Shown one piece after another: positions 34,105-47,150 of a DNA stretch of 64,000 nt. The stretch covers positions 1,469,269 to 1,533,268 of the forward strand of contig JBNZDD010013634.1 of NCBI GenBank assembly GCA_050575255.1. The letters run 5' to 3'. The position numbers and the translations under genes are program-made. This DNA comes from Harriotta raleighana (taxonomy: Eukaryota). Each line of letters begins with the position of its first letter. Within the stretch, counting starts at the first letter, position 1. The notes under the pieces are model-generated. The model searched no databases. It worked only from the letters and a program-made list of their open reading frames with translations, and was not told the origin of the DNA.

Positions 34105-36437
34105 ATGAAAAATGAATATTAAAGCCAAGCTTTTGGGGCTGGGGTCAGTGTCTCTTAACTGTTTGTTCACCGTTAGTGCATGTGCCATTGAGAATGCCAC
34201 ATCAGCAGATTCTCATGTTTTATGAATAGGCTATTTTAGCAAATTCTGGGGCCTTTGTTATGTGACTGAGTCATTAATGACTGATTAATGGGGTAGACTA
34301 CAGGACAAAAGAGTGCAAGGTCACCTTAGATCACTCAGAGCACATTGAAAGCTTACTCTTAGTAGGAAGTTAGTGGCACAGAAATGAATGGTAGAAAATC
34401 CATAATCAAACAAATTGTACTCATACATAGCTGTTGCCTGCAGTGTACAATAGAGGAAATGACAGGATGTACGTTAGTGGGGGGGTGGGAAGAGAGGAGA
34501 AAGTATGTAATAAAGCATGCAAGCATTTTATTTCCGATCTCAACAAATTGCTGCTGAATCCAACAAAATTAACAGCCAAACAAGCACAGCTAAAAGACCT
34601 TATCTTCATTCAGCTAAACACAGCATTAGGACCAGTCAAATCACACTTGTTTTCCATGATTAGTCACAGTTCTGGAAATAAACCAAAGTAGTTCTATTCA
34701 GGTTTGCATGTACTCAGCCTCCCTCACTGACATCATATAGATGACTTGGAGCTGGTTCATATTTTGCTGGTGCCAAGCTCGCAACAAAATATTGCCAGTA
34801 TTACTGAAGCTTTAGAGTATTAATGGAAGAATGGAAGTAATAGTAGAGTACCTCCAAAAGCTGTCTCTGCAGCAATACAATGAAGAGGCTGTGTCACATT
34901 AAGCTTACTTTGAACGTGCCTTTTTTTTCTAAAAGCAAACTTACTTTGGGGTGGGGGGGGGAGAAAGAACTTTGGCTGACATTTATTTTGGAGGGATTGA
35001 AAAGAGCTGCATGCTCTGACAGTTCTTTACAATCAGGAGTGAATTCACCGGCAGTGCAGGAGATTGGTAAATCATGCTATACACTTGCGTAGAATTCTGC
35101 CATGGCTCCTTTATGACAGGCAGTTTAGGTGCCTGGGTGCCCTCCAGCACCAACTCCAATGACAGTACTGTTGCCGCCTAAGCACTGACAGACTATTATA
35201 ATGGCAGAATGAAGAGAAACTTATTTATTTCAATGGATTGGCAATCAGTTCCGCTATGAAAAGATAAACAATGACTTGTGTTTATATAATGCCTTCATGT
35301 AAGAGAAACATCCTGAGGCTCTTTACAGAATGAGATTAATTAGAAATGAATTGAATGTTATGGAGACAAAGGTGGCAGCTACGCCCTAGAAACAATGAGT
35401 TAAGGGAGCTCAATAACTTGGTTATTCTGACCCCAACTGATTCCCTCTTGCTCACTCATTCAAGGCACATCTCAAAATATACCCACTGACTGTCATTTTC
35501 CCTTTTCCCACTCCTCGGCTCCCCCTCCCATCCAAGCACTTTGAGATGTTCTGATATGAAAAGTGCTATATAAATATAATTTGTATGGTAAATTTGGGGG
35601 TGAACATGGGATGAAATCTGAACTATGAATCACAATAAACTCTACTTTCCTTTGAATAGTACTTGAGTTGATTTCTATTCTGATAGTATTCTCCTCAGAC
35701 TCAGCATTGGAAATAACCTTGGTAGCTTCAGTATGGGTGAAGAAACATCTCCATTCCCTAGCAGTTGAGAAATGTATTAAAACCTGTGATATTTGAAGCA
35801 ATGGGAAGCAAGGCAAGTTAAACTTTGCAGAGCCAATGCAGATGGGCAGAGGCGAAATTTAACATTTAGCCTAGCAACTGCTCTTAACTATTTTTTGAAA
35901 AGTCTGCTTTGCTTTATAAATCACTGTGTTTCCTCTAAGCAGCATGTTCACAGGTCATGCTTTAGAAAACTAGACTCGAGTGCTCCAGAAGGAACAAATA
36001 AATTTGTCCACTCAGGGAGGAGTGATTGTTTATTAACATAGTTATAAAACATTAACAATGGGAACTGACCTACAATTCACTTTCCAAGCAACAGTTCTCA
36101 TGAGGCCTTCCTCCGTACCTGAAACCACAGCCTAATCACCTTACTTGTACATGGTTACCTAGATATTTGTTTTGCTGCCACCATTTCAGGGTTGCCAGTC
36201 GCAGCTATCTATCAATGGATCAATCATGTACAGGAGATTACCACAGATTCCTGCAAAACCATCACAGTGATGTGCCTCACGACAAAATTTAGTTCTGTGA
36301 ATAAACCCCAAACAAGACAATGCACAGCAGGTTGAAGAGCATCGGGAAGAGAAAGTGAAACATTTTGGGTCGAATCCATCACCTGAGCTAGGTTTAAACA
36401 TAGTCAAGGCTTACCCATGTACAAGGTTTCGAGACGT

Positions 36438-36752
36438 GGAGTCCTGTAGCTCAATTAGAGCACTCGCCATTGCAAGCGAGAGATCTGGGTTCAATTCCAA
36501 CAGGGCAAAACCTTGGGCAAGTTTCCTTACTCCAAACTCCTAATAATAATCCCTCCCCCCAAAAAAACCTAATAGTAAATGGTCATTTCAATCCATGATT
36601 GTTTGTGGGACAGTGCTGTGCCCAATTGGCTGCTGTGTTTCACCCATATATATACATATATATACACAGTCAGTTCACTTTACAGTATATTCTGTGAAGC
36701 ACTTGGAGACATCTGGATGACCGCTATATCAAATGCAAGGATTATTATTATT
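36438..36752 (+). mobile_element. Full-length tRNA-derived SINE
   Basis: Head GGAGTCCTGTAGCTCAATTAGAGCACTCGCC (A box), GGGTTCAATTCC (B box), tail GCTATATCAAATGCAAGGATTATTATT. Confidence 0.9.
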
Positions 36753-37885
36753 TCAATAGGTCTACATTTCAACTTCTCAAACTGTGAAACTGGTTGTGGA
36801 TTTGGTTTTCATATTCACTGTGTTCTGAACCAATTGCTCCTCAGTTTTATAATAATTCTTGCATTAGGATACTGTAGCTCTATTCACATCAGGACTTGAC
36901 AAAGCACTTCACAGGATTTACTGTGAAGAGGAGTGACTTTTTGTGGGCAAATGTAGTAGCCAATTTGCAAACAGCAATGGCCCACGTTGGATTTGGTCCA
37001 ACATTTCCTTTAAAAATGGCATTGGTTTCCACATCGTGACATTACACAGTCTTTCCACGCATTGTACATAGTCAGTACTGCTTACTCTTTAGCATTGCAA
37101 TTGTTTCTTAAAAAAAAACATGCAATTGGTTTGGGATCAGCCAATTGTAATGTTACCAGTATAATCAATTGAGGAAACTTGTTTGAAATCATTACTTGAT
37201 CTTAAAAGGAATAGCCTGCAATTCAGAGGTCATCATGTAATCTTAATGGATTTTTGCATCAGTTATGAATTAATAGCTCTGCCAAAGTATAGTCTCAATC
37301 ATATCTGACAATTGCATTTCAATATAGCACTGAATCAGTTGTCTAATGCACCATACCTTTGGGAGTTTAAACATAAAAAGAGCTCTAGCCTGCAATATAC
37401 TGGGATGATGGTCTTAAATTCAACTTAAATTGGCAAGAAAGGTTTAGAGGATTCAGTGCGATGGGAACTTGCAACTTCAAATGATCACATCATGGGAGAG
37501 GCGCTAACAAAAGTAATATGAACTGGAGGCATCTCCCAAAAGGATTTGGTTCAACTTATCCTTTAAAGGGTGGCGATTGTTTGTACAACATGCATTGGTT
37601 TCTACACCCTGGGAAAATACTGTAAAGAAAAACATTAGTGCTACAAAGAGCAGTTTATCATTGAATCTTTTCATGCAAGGGACTGATTGTTTTAAAGAGA
37701 ATGGTCATGGGTGTTAGGGTAGTAAACTTTCCTGGGAAAGAACTGTTGGGATTTCAGTTCCAGGTGGGCAGTTTCTCAACGTTTGCTCTATTGTAAACCG
37801 ACTGAATGTTGTTGCAGCCTTACTCACATTATCTCCATCACAATACATTTAACACAAAAAATGCCCTGAGGGTATTTTTAGCATT

Positions 37886-38203
37886 AATAATAATAAACCT
37901 TGCCTTTGGTATAGCGTTTTTCACATCTTTTAGATGTCTCTAAGTGCTTCACAGAATAAACTGTAAAGTGAATTGACTGCATATTTGTGGGCAAACTGCA
38001 GCAGCCAATTGCGTGCAGCTGTGTCCCACAAATAGACATGGATTAAAATGACCAATTTGTTATTGTTGTTTCCATGAGGGATTATTATTAGGCTTGTGGA
38101 CTAAAGAAACTTGCCCATGGTTTCACCCTGACATGCTGGGGGAATCAAACCCGGGTATCTCGCTTGTAAGGCGAGTGCTCTAACCATTGAGCTACAGGAC
38201 TCC
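37886..38203 (-). mobile_element. Full-length tRNA-derived SINE
   Basis: Reverse head CTCGCTTGTAAGGCGAGTGCTCTAACCATTGAGCTACAGGACTCC; (AAT)n tail at left. Confidence 0.92.
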
Positions 38204-39174
38204 ATTAATCCTTTTCCTGCTCCTTGTTGTAGCTTGGGAAAGCAATGTCAACCATCTATCGCCGTGCGGGATAACACGAATATTACTTGCCAGTTCATTA
38301 GAATGATTGCATTGAATATAAAACCACACAAAACGCAAATGCTATTATAATTCAGCCCCGATATGTCCTAATTCTTGGGCCTCTGCTAATAAGCTTTGGG
38401 GAGGCAGGATTGATTTTGCTCTCCGTGGACCACAGCTAAACATTGACCCACATTAAAATCAATATTCTCACATAGATAAATTAGTGTTAACATACTAGAG
38501 TCAGGTATCTTACCAACTTCTTACCTAGATTAAAGTTAAACCCAGTGTTTAACATTAGCCAAGTTAGAAATGAAGGTTACAGATTTAAAGTACATTTCCA
38601 CCAAACTTCAAATCTATAGCATTAGATTAACTTCACAGAAGTCAAAAATGCGCAAATCCATCAAGGATAGGGCTAGATTAGCCATCATATGCAATGGCAC
38701 TCTCTTATGCTGTAAAGTTACAGAAGAAAGATTTTCTGTCTTGTTAACTCGATCAATAATCAGAGCAAAATTCCTGGATTGGGAAATGAAGCCAAGCAAA
38801 TCTTATGCCGAAATGGATTAATCTCAAATTAAATGAAGACCACTGTTATGAACTACATAGGTGTGTATTTTTCCCCGGAAGTTTCAATGACACATTGAAC
38901 TGTTTTGCACATACCTCAAGATGTGAACAATTTTCATCAGTGGTGCAATGTGGACATCTCTGAATGCTTCTCCCCAAAGAAAATTCCTGCATCATAAAAA
39001 GGATCAAGACATTTGCAAAATTAGCAGGCCCAATTTTCTACTAATGTATGGAAATAAATTTTTCACCCACTTGGTCAAACGTAATTTTTTTTACCTGATG
39101 CAATAAGATATCCATGAGGAAGCAAATTTATTAAATTTGGTGAAACCTGTTAAAAGCCTTCAAAGCATCACTAG

Positions 39175-39493
39175 AATATAATATTAATCTTTGCCTTTGA
39201 TACAGCACTTTTCCTGTCTTCTAGATGTCTCAAAGCGCTTCACAGAATACTGTAAACTGAATTGACTATATTGTGTGGGCGAAACGCGACAGCCAATTGT
39301 GCATAACAGTGTCCCACCAACAGTTGTGGATTGAAATGACCAATTTTATTATTGTGTTTTTTTTTGGAGGGATCATTATTAGGCATGTGGAGTATGGAAA
39401 CTTGCCCAAGGTTTCGCCATGACCTGTCTGGATTCGAAACTCAGGTCTCACGCTTGTAAGGCGAGTGCTCTAACCACTGAGCTACAGGACTTC
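39175..39493 (-). mobile_element. Full-length tRNA-derived SINE
   Basis: Same head, core and tail motifs as 37886-38203. Confidence 0.92.
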
Positions 39494-40818
39494 AGATACA
39501 GGAACAGAAGATCAGTAGGTTATACCAGTCACTGCTTTAAACAGGTAAAAACAAATTCCTCCAGTGGTATCAACTTAATTTTTCCTTTCTGTGAAATTCA
39601 GATGAAACCCAAGCCTTCAATTTACTCTTTTGTGCTTCATTTCCCTGTGGCTGATCCTTGTCTCCAGTGTTATATTGGAAGGTAATGCTGCAAATCTGGA
39701 ATTCACAAAAGTACAATGTTACTATGTCAGCAAATCTTCCAACTACAAAACTCAGATACTAGATGAGGAACAAGGGAAAGGAAATTGAATCAGTTCTGCA
39801 TACAACTGAACGATACTATGCCTCATCACCTGCTGCAAGTAGTAACAGCTACGAATCAGTAGATCTGAGAACTAGGTATTTACTTTCATAAGAAACAGTT
39901 GAGTGTTGTGCAAGGCACATATATTTATATTACAGAATATATATTTTAAAAATCCACCAATTCAAAACAAGGATCAATGCCCAAATCTGTATTCAAACAG
40001 CATAGTCAAGTAACACGAATGCAAACCCAAATGCATGGAATTTGGCCCAGGCCAAGATTTGATGGTAAAGTTTAGTACAAGTTAAAATACAAGAAACTGA
40101 ATCATAAAGGTTCTCCAAAAACCAATTACCATGGTCAAACATCAACTCCAGGTTATGTCAGAAAATAGAAGCGTTAATAGCATTCCCTCTTAGAGCACAA
40201 CCCAACAGAAAATCCTGTTCTGCAAGAACTTTGGGACAACTGCTGTGTTTCCATCACATCTTATTTACAGATTCACAAATTATTGTTTTCACATTTGGAC
40301 AAAGAAGCCAGCTGTGCTACATGAGCAGAACCCAAGTTAAAATCCTTTGGAATATGGAGACCGATGAAGCTTGGAATTAGTTTGAGAGGAGCCTCCGTGC
40401 ATTGGAACCGAACATTGAGAGGATCATCAACAACATTTCACAGAGAGAGAAATAAAAAAGTGAGTTCAGCCTCAAAGGGCTAACAGGTATTTCTATATAT
40501 ACTGTACTTAAATGGTATACTTCCAGTTAAACAGACACCTTAGATTGTACCACAGCTTCAATGACCATTAGGGTGTGAGACCTGCCATTTTCAATGAGGA
40601 CTTAGCAGGGTTATTCAGAGATGAACAAACGATTCAAGCAGTGGCTTGTGAACATTTGAATGCACAGCTATTTGAGTAACTTCATGGACCATTGCAAAAC
40701 CACCGTTTTTCCATCCTTAATGCTTGGTATCAGTTTCCAGCCTGGACTCCCAACAGGATGAATTTTCAAATAATTCTTCCAAGATCACAATTTTCACAAG
40801 CAAGAACATTTAATTTTC

Positions 40819-40824
40819 TTTAAT
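40819..40824 (-). terminator. LMO1 polyadenylation signal (ATTAAA)
   Basis: About 300 nt after the stop codon, at the end of a block resembling the recalled mammalian LMO1 3' UTR end; a second ATTAAA lies at 40809-40814. Confidence 0.55.
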
Positions 40825-41125
40825 GCACACCAGTAATAAAATTGCATTACATTTATGTAAAATAAATGTTCCAGTTTATATATACAGAAACAGACTGTAC
40901 ATACCCTCCCAGACCCAACATCACAAAACGTACAGGCAAAGCACTGCCCAGCTAAACAGGCACAGCTGTGCATCTAAAATCTTAACTGCTCGTGTTGGAG
41001 AAAGTTACTTTTAGTCCTTCCCAGACTAATTAAAGTGTTGCAAGCAAGCCGACAGATGCTCCTCATTTTCCTTTAAGTGTTGTTGAACATCTATCCCACA
41101 ATTGCTTTCGAAGGCTATGGGCAGG

Positions 41126-41231
41126 TCATTGAACTTGTGATGAAAAACTTCCATTCATTGCCCCTTCCTCATAGTCCATTTGACAGAGGATCATGTTGTT
41201 CTTCAGAAAAAATTTGTCTCCCACACAAAAC
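41126..41231 (-). CDS. LMO1: LIM domain only protein 1 (rhombotin-1), last coding exon
   Basis: tctttag|G TTT TGT GTG GGA.. = (R)FCVGDKFFLKNNMILCQMDYEEGAMNGSFSSQVQ*; 106 nt; the C-terminus matches LMO1 (QMDYEEG..NG.F.SQVQ) rather than LMO3. Confidence 0.97.
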
Positions 41232-41656
41232 CTAAAGACACAAAATGAAAGTTATAAGAGGTTGAAACCTCCCATATGGTTATTGTACACCCCAAACTTT
41301 TACACAGATGCTTCTCAAAAATAGGGGCTTAATTGTCAAACATCCATTAAGACTTGTTCATTTCCTCTGAATCTCTCGTGGGCTCTAAACATGTGCTGAA
41401 GTAGAATTCCATGAGCAATAGGACTCTAATACCTCAGCCATTTATATGCTCCTATGCACATCAGTGCAAGACGGGAGGAGAGAAGGGAGCACAGTACAGA
41501 TCAGCAAGTCTCATATAACATGTAAAGAGAGGGAACAGAGTTTTTACTTCCCTGGAGTCCCCAAAATTGTCCTAAACTGCAATTTAGACCAACAAAGAGT
41601 TCAAAAGTTTCCTCATGATATCTGCTCCTTTGGCTGGTTTTGTGGCATGAAGATTG

Positions 41657-41965
41657 ATAATAAGAATCCTTGCATTTGATATAGCATCTTATGTCTTCAA
41701 GATGTTTCAAAGTGCTTCACAGAATATACTGTAAAGTGAGTTGACCTAGATTTCAGCCAACTGCATGCAGCAGTGTCCCACAAACAATTGTCGATTGAGT
41801 GACTTTTTTTTAAAAAAAAGGGATTATTACCCCTGGAGAAGCCAATTGACTAACAGCCAGGTTCCTATTTACTGCTAGGTAAACAAAGGCATGTGGAGTA
41901 ACAAAACTTGCCTCACATTGCCTGGCAGAAAGCCAATTGAATGCCAGATTTCAAAAATACAAGCA
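41657..41965 (-). mobile_element. tRNA-derived SINE (long variant) in LMO1 intron 3
   Basis: AATCCTTGCATTTGATATAGC..CTTCACAGAATATACTGTAAAGTG..GGTTCCTATTTACTGCTAGGTAAACAAAGGCATGTGGAGTAA. Confidence 0.8.
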
Positions 41966-42908
41966 TGAAAGTTTTATCTAAGGGGAGTACCTGGCATTGC
42001 TGGTCAGAAAAAGCAGACATGCCACATTTTGTACTTCCCTTGACTGCTAAAAAAAAATACAAAAATCATAGCTTTCAACACGGGTTTCTTGTGGGAAAGG
42101 GAGCAGTCTTGCTGGCAATGTGATGCACTTCAAGTTTTCATCTGCACTTGTATAAAATAAAAAGTCGTCACTAAAAACAAAACACAGTATTGCCAATTGG
42201 GTAATTTCAATCCTTGAACTATATCAAAGCACTTGCATGCAAACTGATGGCCAATGTCTTTCCTCCACGAGGAGACTTGCTGGCATTTTCTTCCCTTCAA
42301 TATGAAGTGCAATTTCTGAACATTTCTAATGTGCTGGTTTAATATAATTTTTAATCCCTTAATATTTCATCTTCCACAGAGAACAATTTGCTCACCCTCT
42401 AGGAACTTGGGATCTTCATCCCCATTTCATCAAGTTAAGGCTACCATTTTAAAAAAGATGGTCTGACGACCAATTACATTCTTTATGGGAACTCAAGCAA
42501 TGGTGAAGAAATGAGCTCAGCCTTCTGGAGAACCACTTTGTCAAATAAATTGTACCAGTTATTGAAGCATTTGCTTCACTGAAGCTTTTCAAAAAACTTC
42601 TCCATTAAATATTTTTTGAAAAAATGTTGATATGATTTTCCTGGCACATTTGGAGCCGTGTATAAAAAGCCCGCACCTGTTGGTTGTACATTTTCTATGG
42701 ATGCAATTTTGGAAGTTATTAAATACATTTTTCAGTAGGACAACCACTTTGCCTTTTTAAAAGACCAGTTTAATAATTCAAAGGATTTTAACACAGCACA
42801 AGTTCTGAACTCAATTTGTGCATTACTTAATAAAGACTTAACAGCCTTTGCTGTATTTAATGCACTTGCATTCATTCCACTCTTCACCCCCCACCCAACC
42901 CCCTTTAC

Positions 42909-43034
42909 CTCTGGTTACAGAGCTGGCAGGCAAAGCAGTCCAAATGGTAGACGTTATCACGGGCTCTCATCACCATCTCAAAGGCAGGGATCAGTTTGCT
43001 GCACGCTGCACAATTCCCCGTGGTACCAAAAAGC
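42909..43034 (-). CDS. LMO1: LMO1 coding exon 3
   Basis: ggccag|G CTT TTT GGT.. = (R)[41 protein letters not shown](R) AG|gtaaag; 126 nt; phases consistent with neighbouring exons. Confidence 0.97.
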
Positions 43035-44750
43035 CTGGCCAATAAAAAAAACATCAATGATTAATTCTGATAGCAAGCTCAATACCTGTTATTTGAGCAA
43101 ACTACTGTACCAATGCCATTGCACAAAGACAAATGGATGTGGTAAAAGCCTGAAATATAGCATTTCATTTGCTTTGCATTTTGTACTCCAAATTCTGCAA
43201 TGCATTTAAAATGCTTATGAGAAACCAACAGCAACAACAAGAGAAGATAATCCTCAAAAGGCAAAATGATAATCCTCAATTTGTTCTCGAATCACTTTGG
43301 CTTTATACAGAATATATTTATGAGCAGTCATTTGAAAATATGCAGACTTTAATCCAGATTTAAAGTAACCAACCTCAATGGACAATATACGATTTGAAAG
43401 GCAAATGCAGCAAAAGACTCAGTTTCCAGCAACTCAAAACCAAATTGGCTTTAATATGTCAGCAATGCTAAACTCCCCTTGTGAAGCAATGGTTAAAAGT
43501 GAGTTGTTTTGAAGTTGTTTGGAAAAATGTGTGGAAAGCAGTTGAATTGTAGCAACAATAAATTATGTTTGTAAAACAACTCACTCAACACTTTGCTCTT
43601 AAGAAGTATTCCAATTTTCCAACTTTTCCAAAACCAATTTGACAAACAAAAGCAGAAAACTGCAGCACTATCAAAAAGCACACATCATTTTGAAATGGAC
43701 TAGCTTCAGAAAAAAAACTCCACAAAGAATTATTTTGTTCCTGGGAAAACAATGTTCAAGATGGGGTGAAGATAACGACCACACACTATACCAACTTATT
43801 TCTTGTGCAATTTATTAGTTAACCACCATCAACATTCTTCCAATTACTGTACTTGGGAGATTTAAAGTAATCCAATTCCCTTGGTCAAAATTGACTCCAC
43901 TGCTTTTAAAAGAATGCAGCTATTTGAAATACAAGCCTCAAGAGAAAAATTAGGAACACAAAATTGCTCGGTACAATTGTATACACAGGTACTAGTTTTG
44001 GGATACTAGTTTTAGTGTGCAAAGAAGCTTACAGCCAAACACTCCAATCAAGGTTAAAAAAAAGTCAACCTATTTATGATTCCAAGCTTTACACTCAACT
44101 GTCCCTACCTAGTACAATATCAGAGATATGGAAACATTATAATTGCTTGGTTTTGAATACAAGAATCACTAATTTAAGGCTGTTTACAAGAGATATAAAC
44201 ATACACTACCATCAGGAAGAGATTTGTAAATTCAACACCCCTCGTCCCCCCAAGCAACGGGTAACATATAAAACCCAATTAGCACATGTCTTTGGAACTT
44301 GAACGCCATTTGTACGTTTTCCATCTTGTCACACTAAATTAAATATTGAGTGCAGTTTCAATGCAGACACCATAACCAGTGGAAGTTTAAGAAAGGAGTG
44401 GTTTATAGATCGATCCTTCAATCTTACAGGTTTGGAGAGCAAGCAGAATTCTTACATTTGATATTGCTACATCAAAATCTTAAAAACACAGGGAATTGCT
44501 GTCAAGTATTGTGACTATTTACAGGCCCATAAGTTAATTTCCGGGTCGTGTCTCAAACAACCATGAAGTGAATGGCAATTAGGCCAGAGGAGGATTGTTG
44601 GTCAGTATCCCAGAAGAAACTCACTTTTCAAATAGTGCTATATAATCCTTCATAGACAATCAATAGGCAGGACACAAGCCACATGTCTAGTTTGTGTAAT
44701 ATTCTATCATTCTGTATCAGGATTTCACAAGACCAGCATTCAAACCATTC

Positions 44751-45096
44751 AATAAAAATAATAATCCTTGCATTTGATACAGCGCTTTTCACTTCTTCTA
44801 GACATCTCATTTTGTAGACAACCTTGTATGTAGCCTGAGCTAATTGGGCATCTCAAAGTACTTCACAGAAAGTGAATTTGAATGTATATTTGTGGGCAAA
44901 ACATAGCAGCCAATTGCTTACAGGAGTGGCCCACAAACTGTTGTTGATTGCATCACCAAATTATCTTTTTTTTTTGAGGGATTATTATTAGGTGTATGGA
45001 GTAAGGGAACCTGCCAAAGGTTTTGCCCTGCCTAGAATCTAACCCAGGACTCTCGCTTGTGAGGAGAGTGCTCTAACCATTGAGCTACAGGACTCC
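44751..45096 (-). mobile_element. Full-length SINE with an internal foreign insert, LMO1 intron 2
   Basis: Head ..GAGTGCTCTAACCATTGAGCTACAGGACTCC; insert 44809-44853 matches 45718-45762. Confidence 0.9.
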
Positions 45097-46989
45097 AATG
45101 CAGTTAAAAAGGTGGCAGCTATGGACTTGCACATATGGTATTCTCTGAAACAGTCAATTAACTGGATTGTGAATTAGCTCAACTTGAAATGATTATCCTA
45201 AGTATAGGTTTAGTACTGTAGTGGAAGTACTTTAATGCTAAGTAGAGAAGCTTGTCAAGAAAACAAAGACAGGAGAACCTCAGGTTAAAGTATCTTGTTA
45301 CAACGGGTTCACTTGTGGCAGATGCCCTGCAGAACCAGATTGGCTTTAGTATGGACAGGCCCACTTCCCAAGTGTTTGAAGAAGCCAATTTCATTTGTGA
45401 AGCGACTTTAGTGCTTTCTGCACTCAGTGTTCAATCAATGGTAGTGCCAACTTGATAACTAGAAAGTCAACCTTGAGTGTGAATAGCCCACATATAATGT
45501 GCTGGTCAAGTCAATGGCGATCTGACAACATGGAAATTGACCATTTTCTCCACATTTAGTTTTAACACGGGTCAGATATTGGACACAACCCTGTTAATGG
45601 AGGAGGGACTGAGCTGTACTCTAGCCTTGGTACTTTTCCTTTCCCATTGTGAAAATCTGTGGCTGAAGACTTTACATAAAGGTCTCCCACCCCACCCTTC
45701 TAAACCTCATGATTTAGATTTTGTAGACAATCTTGTATGTAGCCTGAGCTAATTGGGCATCTTAAATTTTGAAGATACTGTCCTGCAGTTTAGTTTATGG
45801 CAACTGATTTAGATACAAACAGTTTCAAACTCAAGATGTTACTTCACTGAAATCCCATTTGAATCAAACAGTAAGTGTGTAAATGGGCTTCAAGGCAATG
45901 ATCAAATTCAACCTCTTTAAAAAAAATCACCTTGGAATTGAATGTCATTGACTAGTTGTACGAACATTCCAACAAGTGTTCAATTTTCTTGGCCAGTCCA
46001 CTGAATTGCCCTAAAGGCATCTAATATTAGAGATGGGTTTACCCCGAGCTCTTATTACAAAAATCCAGCATTGGGTGGATGGAGTAATGCTCATCCACTT
46101 TTAGTAAGAACTCCAGCAAGAGCTAGATAGAGTAGACACAAACAAAATCAGGTGTATTGCTCTGAATCATTACGATTGTAAATGATGCATCATTCGGTAG
46201 TATGAGGGTAAAAAGACCAGTACAACTCAATAACTCCAATGTATACAAATGTAACCCATGGGAAAAGCTAGGATTTGGCCAGCGTATTTATGTATCCAAT
46301 CCATCTGTGTAGAATTAATTTTTTGCAGTTACAGGACTCAATCTGTACTTATTTCAAAGGGTACAACATATTTGGGTCATCACCAAGTGACTTCATTCCG
46401 ATTTTATGCATTTCTTCCGCCAAGCAATAGGACTTCTTTGTCAATGAGCTTTGTTGTCCGTGTAGTTATTTGGGTTTAAAAATGCTACTACACAAACCAA
46501 GTCAGTTTATAGCTTGCAATTTGCTTGGTCAATAAAATTGCAGGCCTGCAGAGAACAGCTGGTTACATTTCTGGATACATACAATTACACCAGATTTTAA
46601 GTGCATCTCCTTTCTTTCAGAGATTGATGAACGAGAGAAGGATTGAATGAGGCATTTACATATATCAGGTGACCCAGACAGTCATCTGAAACTCTTCTAG
46701 TGCTAGTAAAAAGCCATCGAGACAGAGCCTTGCACTATGGTTTACAATCATAACACATTTTACTCTCATATTTCTTCTCTGAAAATTAAAGGGAATGGAG
46801 CAAGAACTTTGTACAGTTTATCTGATGGATTTTAAGCTCTCTTCACACTTCTATTATTCACCAACATTAGTTTCAGCAGCAAAATCCCTCCATTCTTCCA
46901 CTCTTCCCTCTACCCCCTTCTCCCTCATCTAGAGTATCAAAGGTTAAAAGTGCTTTGCAGGAATTACTGCAAAATAGTTACTGTTTGTA

Positions 46990-47150
46990 ATAACAATAAT
47001 CATTGCATTTGGTACAGCAGCTTATCAAATCTTTGAGATATCTCAAAGCGCTTCACAGAATATACTGTAAAGTGAATTGACTACATTTTGTGAATGAAAC
47101 ACAGCAGTCAAATGTGCACAGCAATGGTAGACAAACTGCAGTCAATTGCT
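46990..47150 (-). mobile_element. SINE 3' half
   Basis: TCTCAAAGCGCTTCACAGAATATACTGTAAAGTGAATTGAC. Confidence 0.8.

Noticed and set aside
36438-36500. tRNA gene
   Set aside because: tRNA-like A/B boxes continue into a SINE body and tail; no acceptor stem closure
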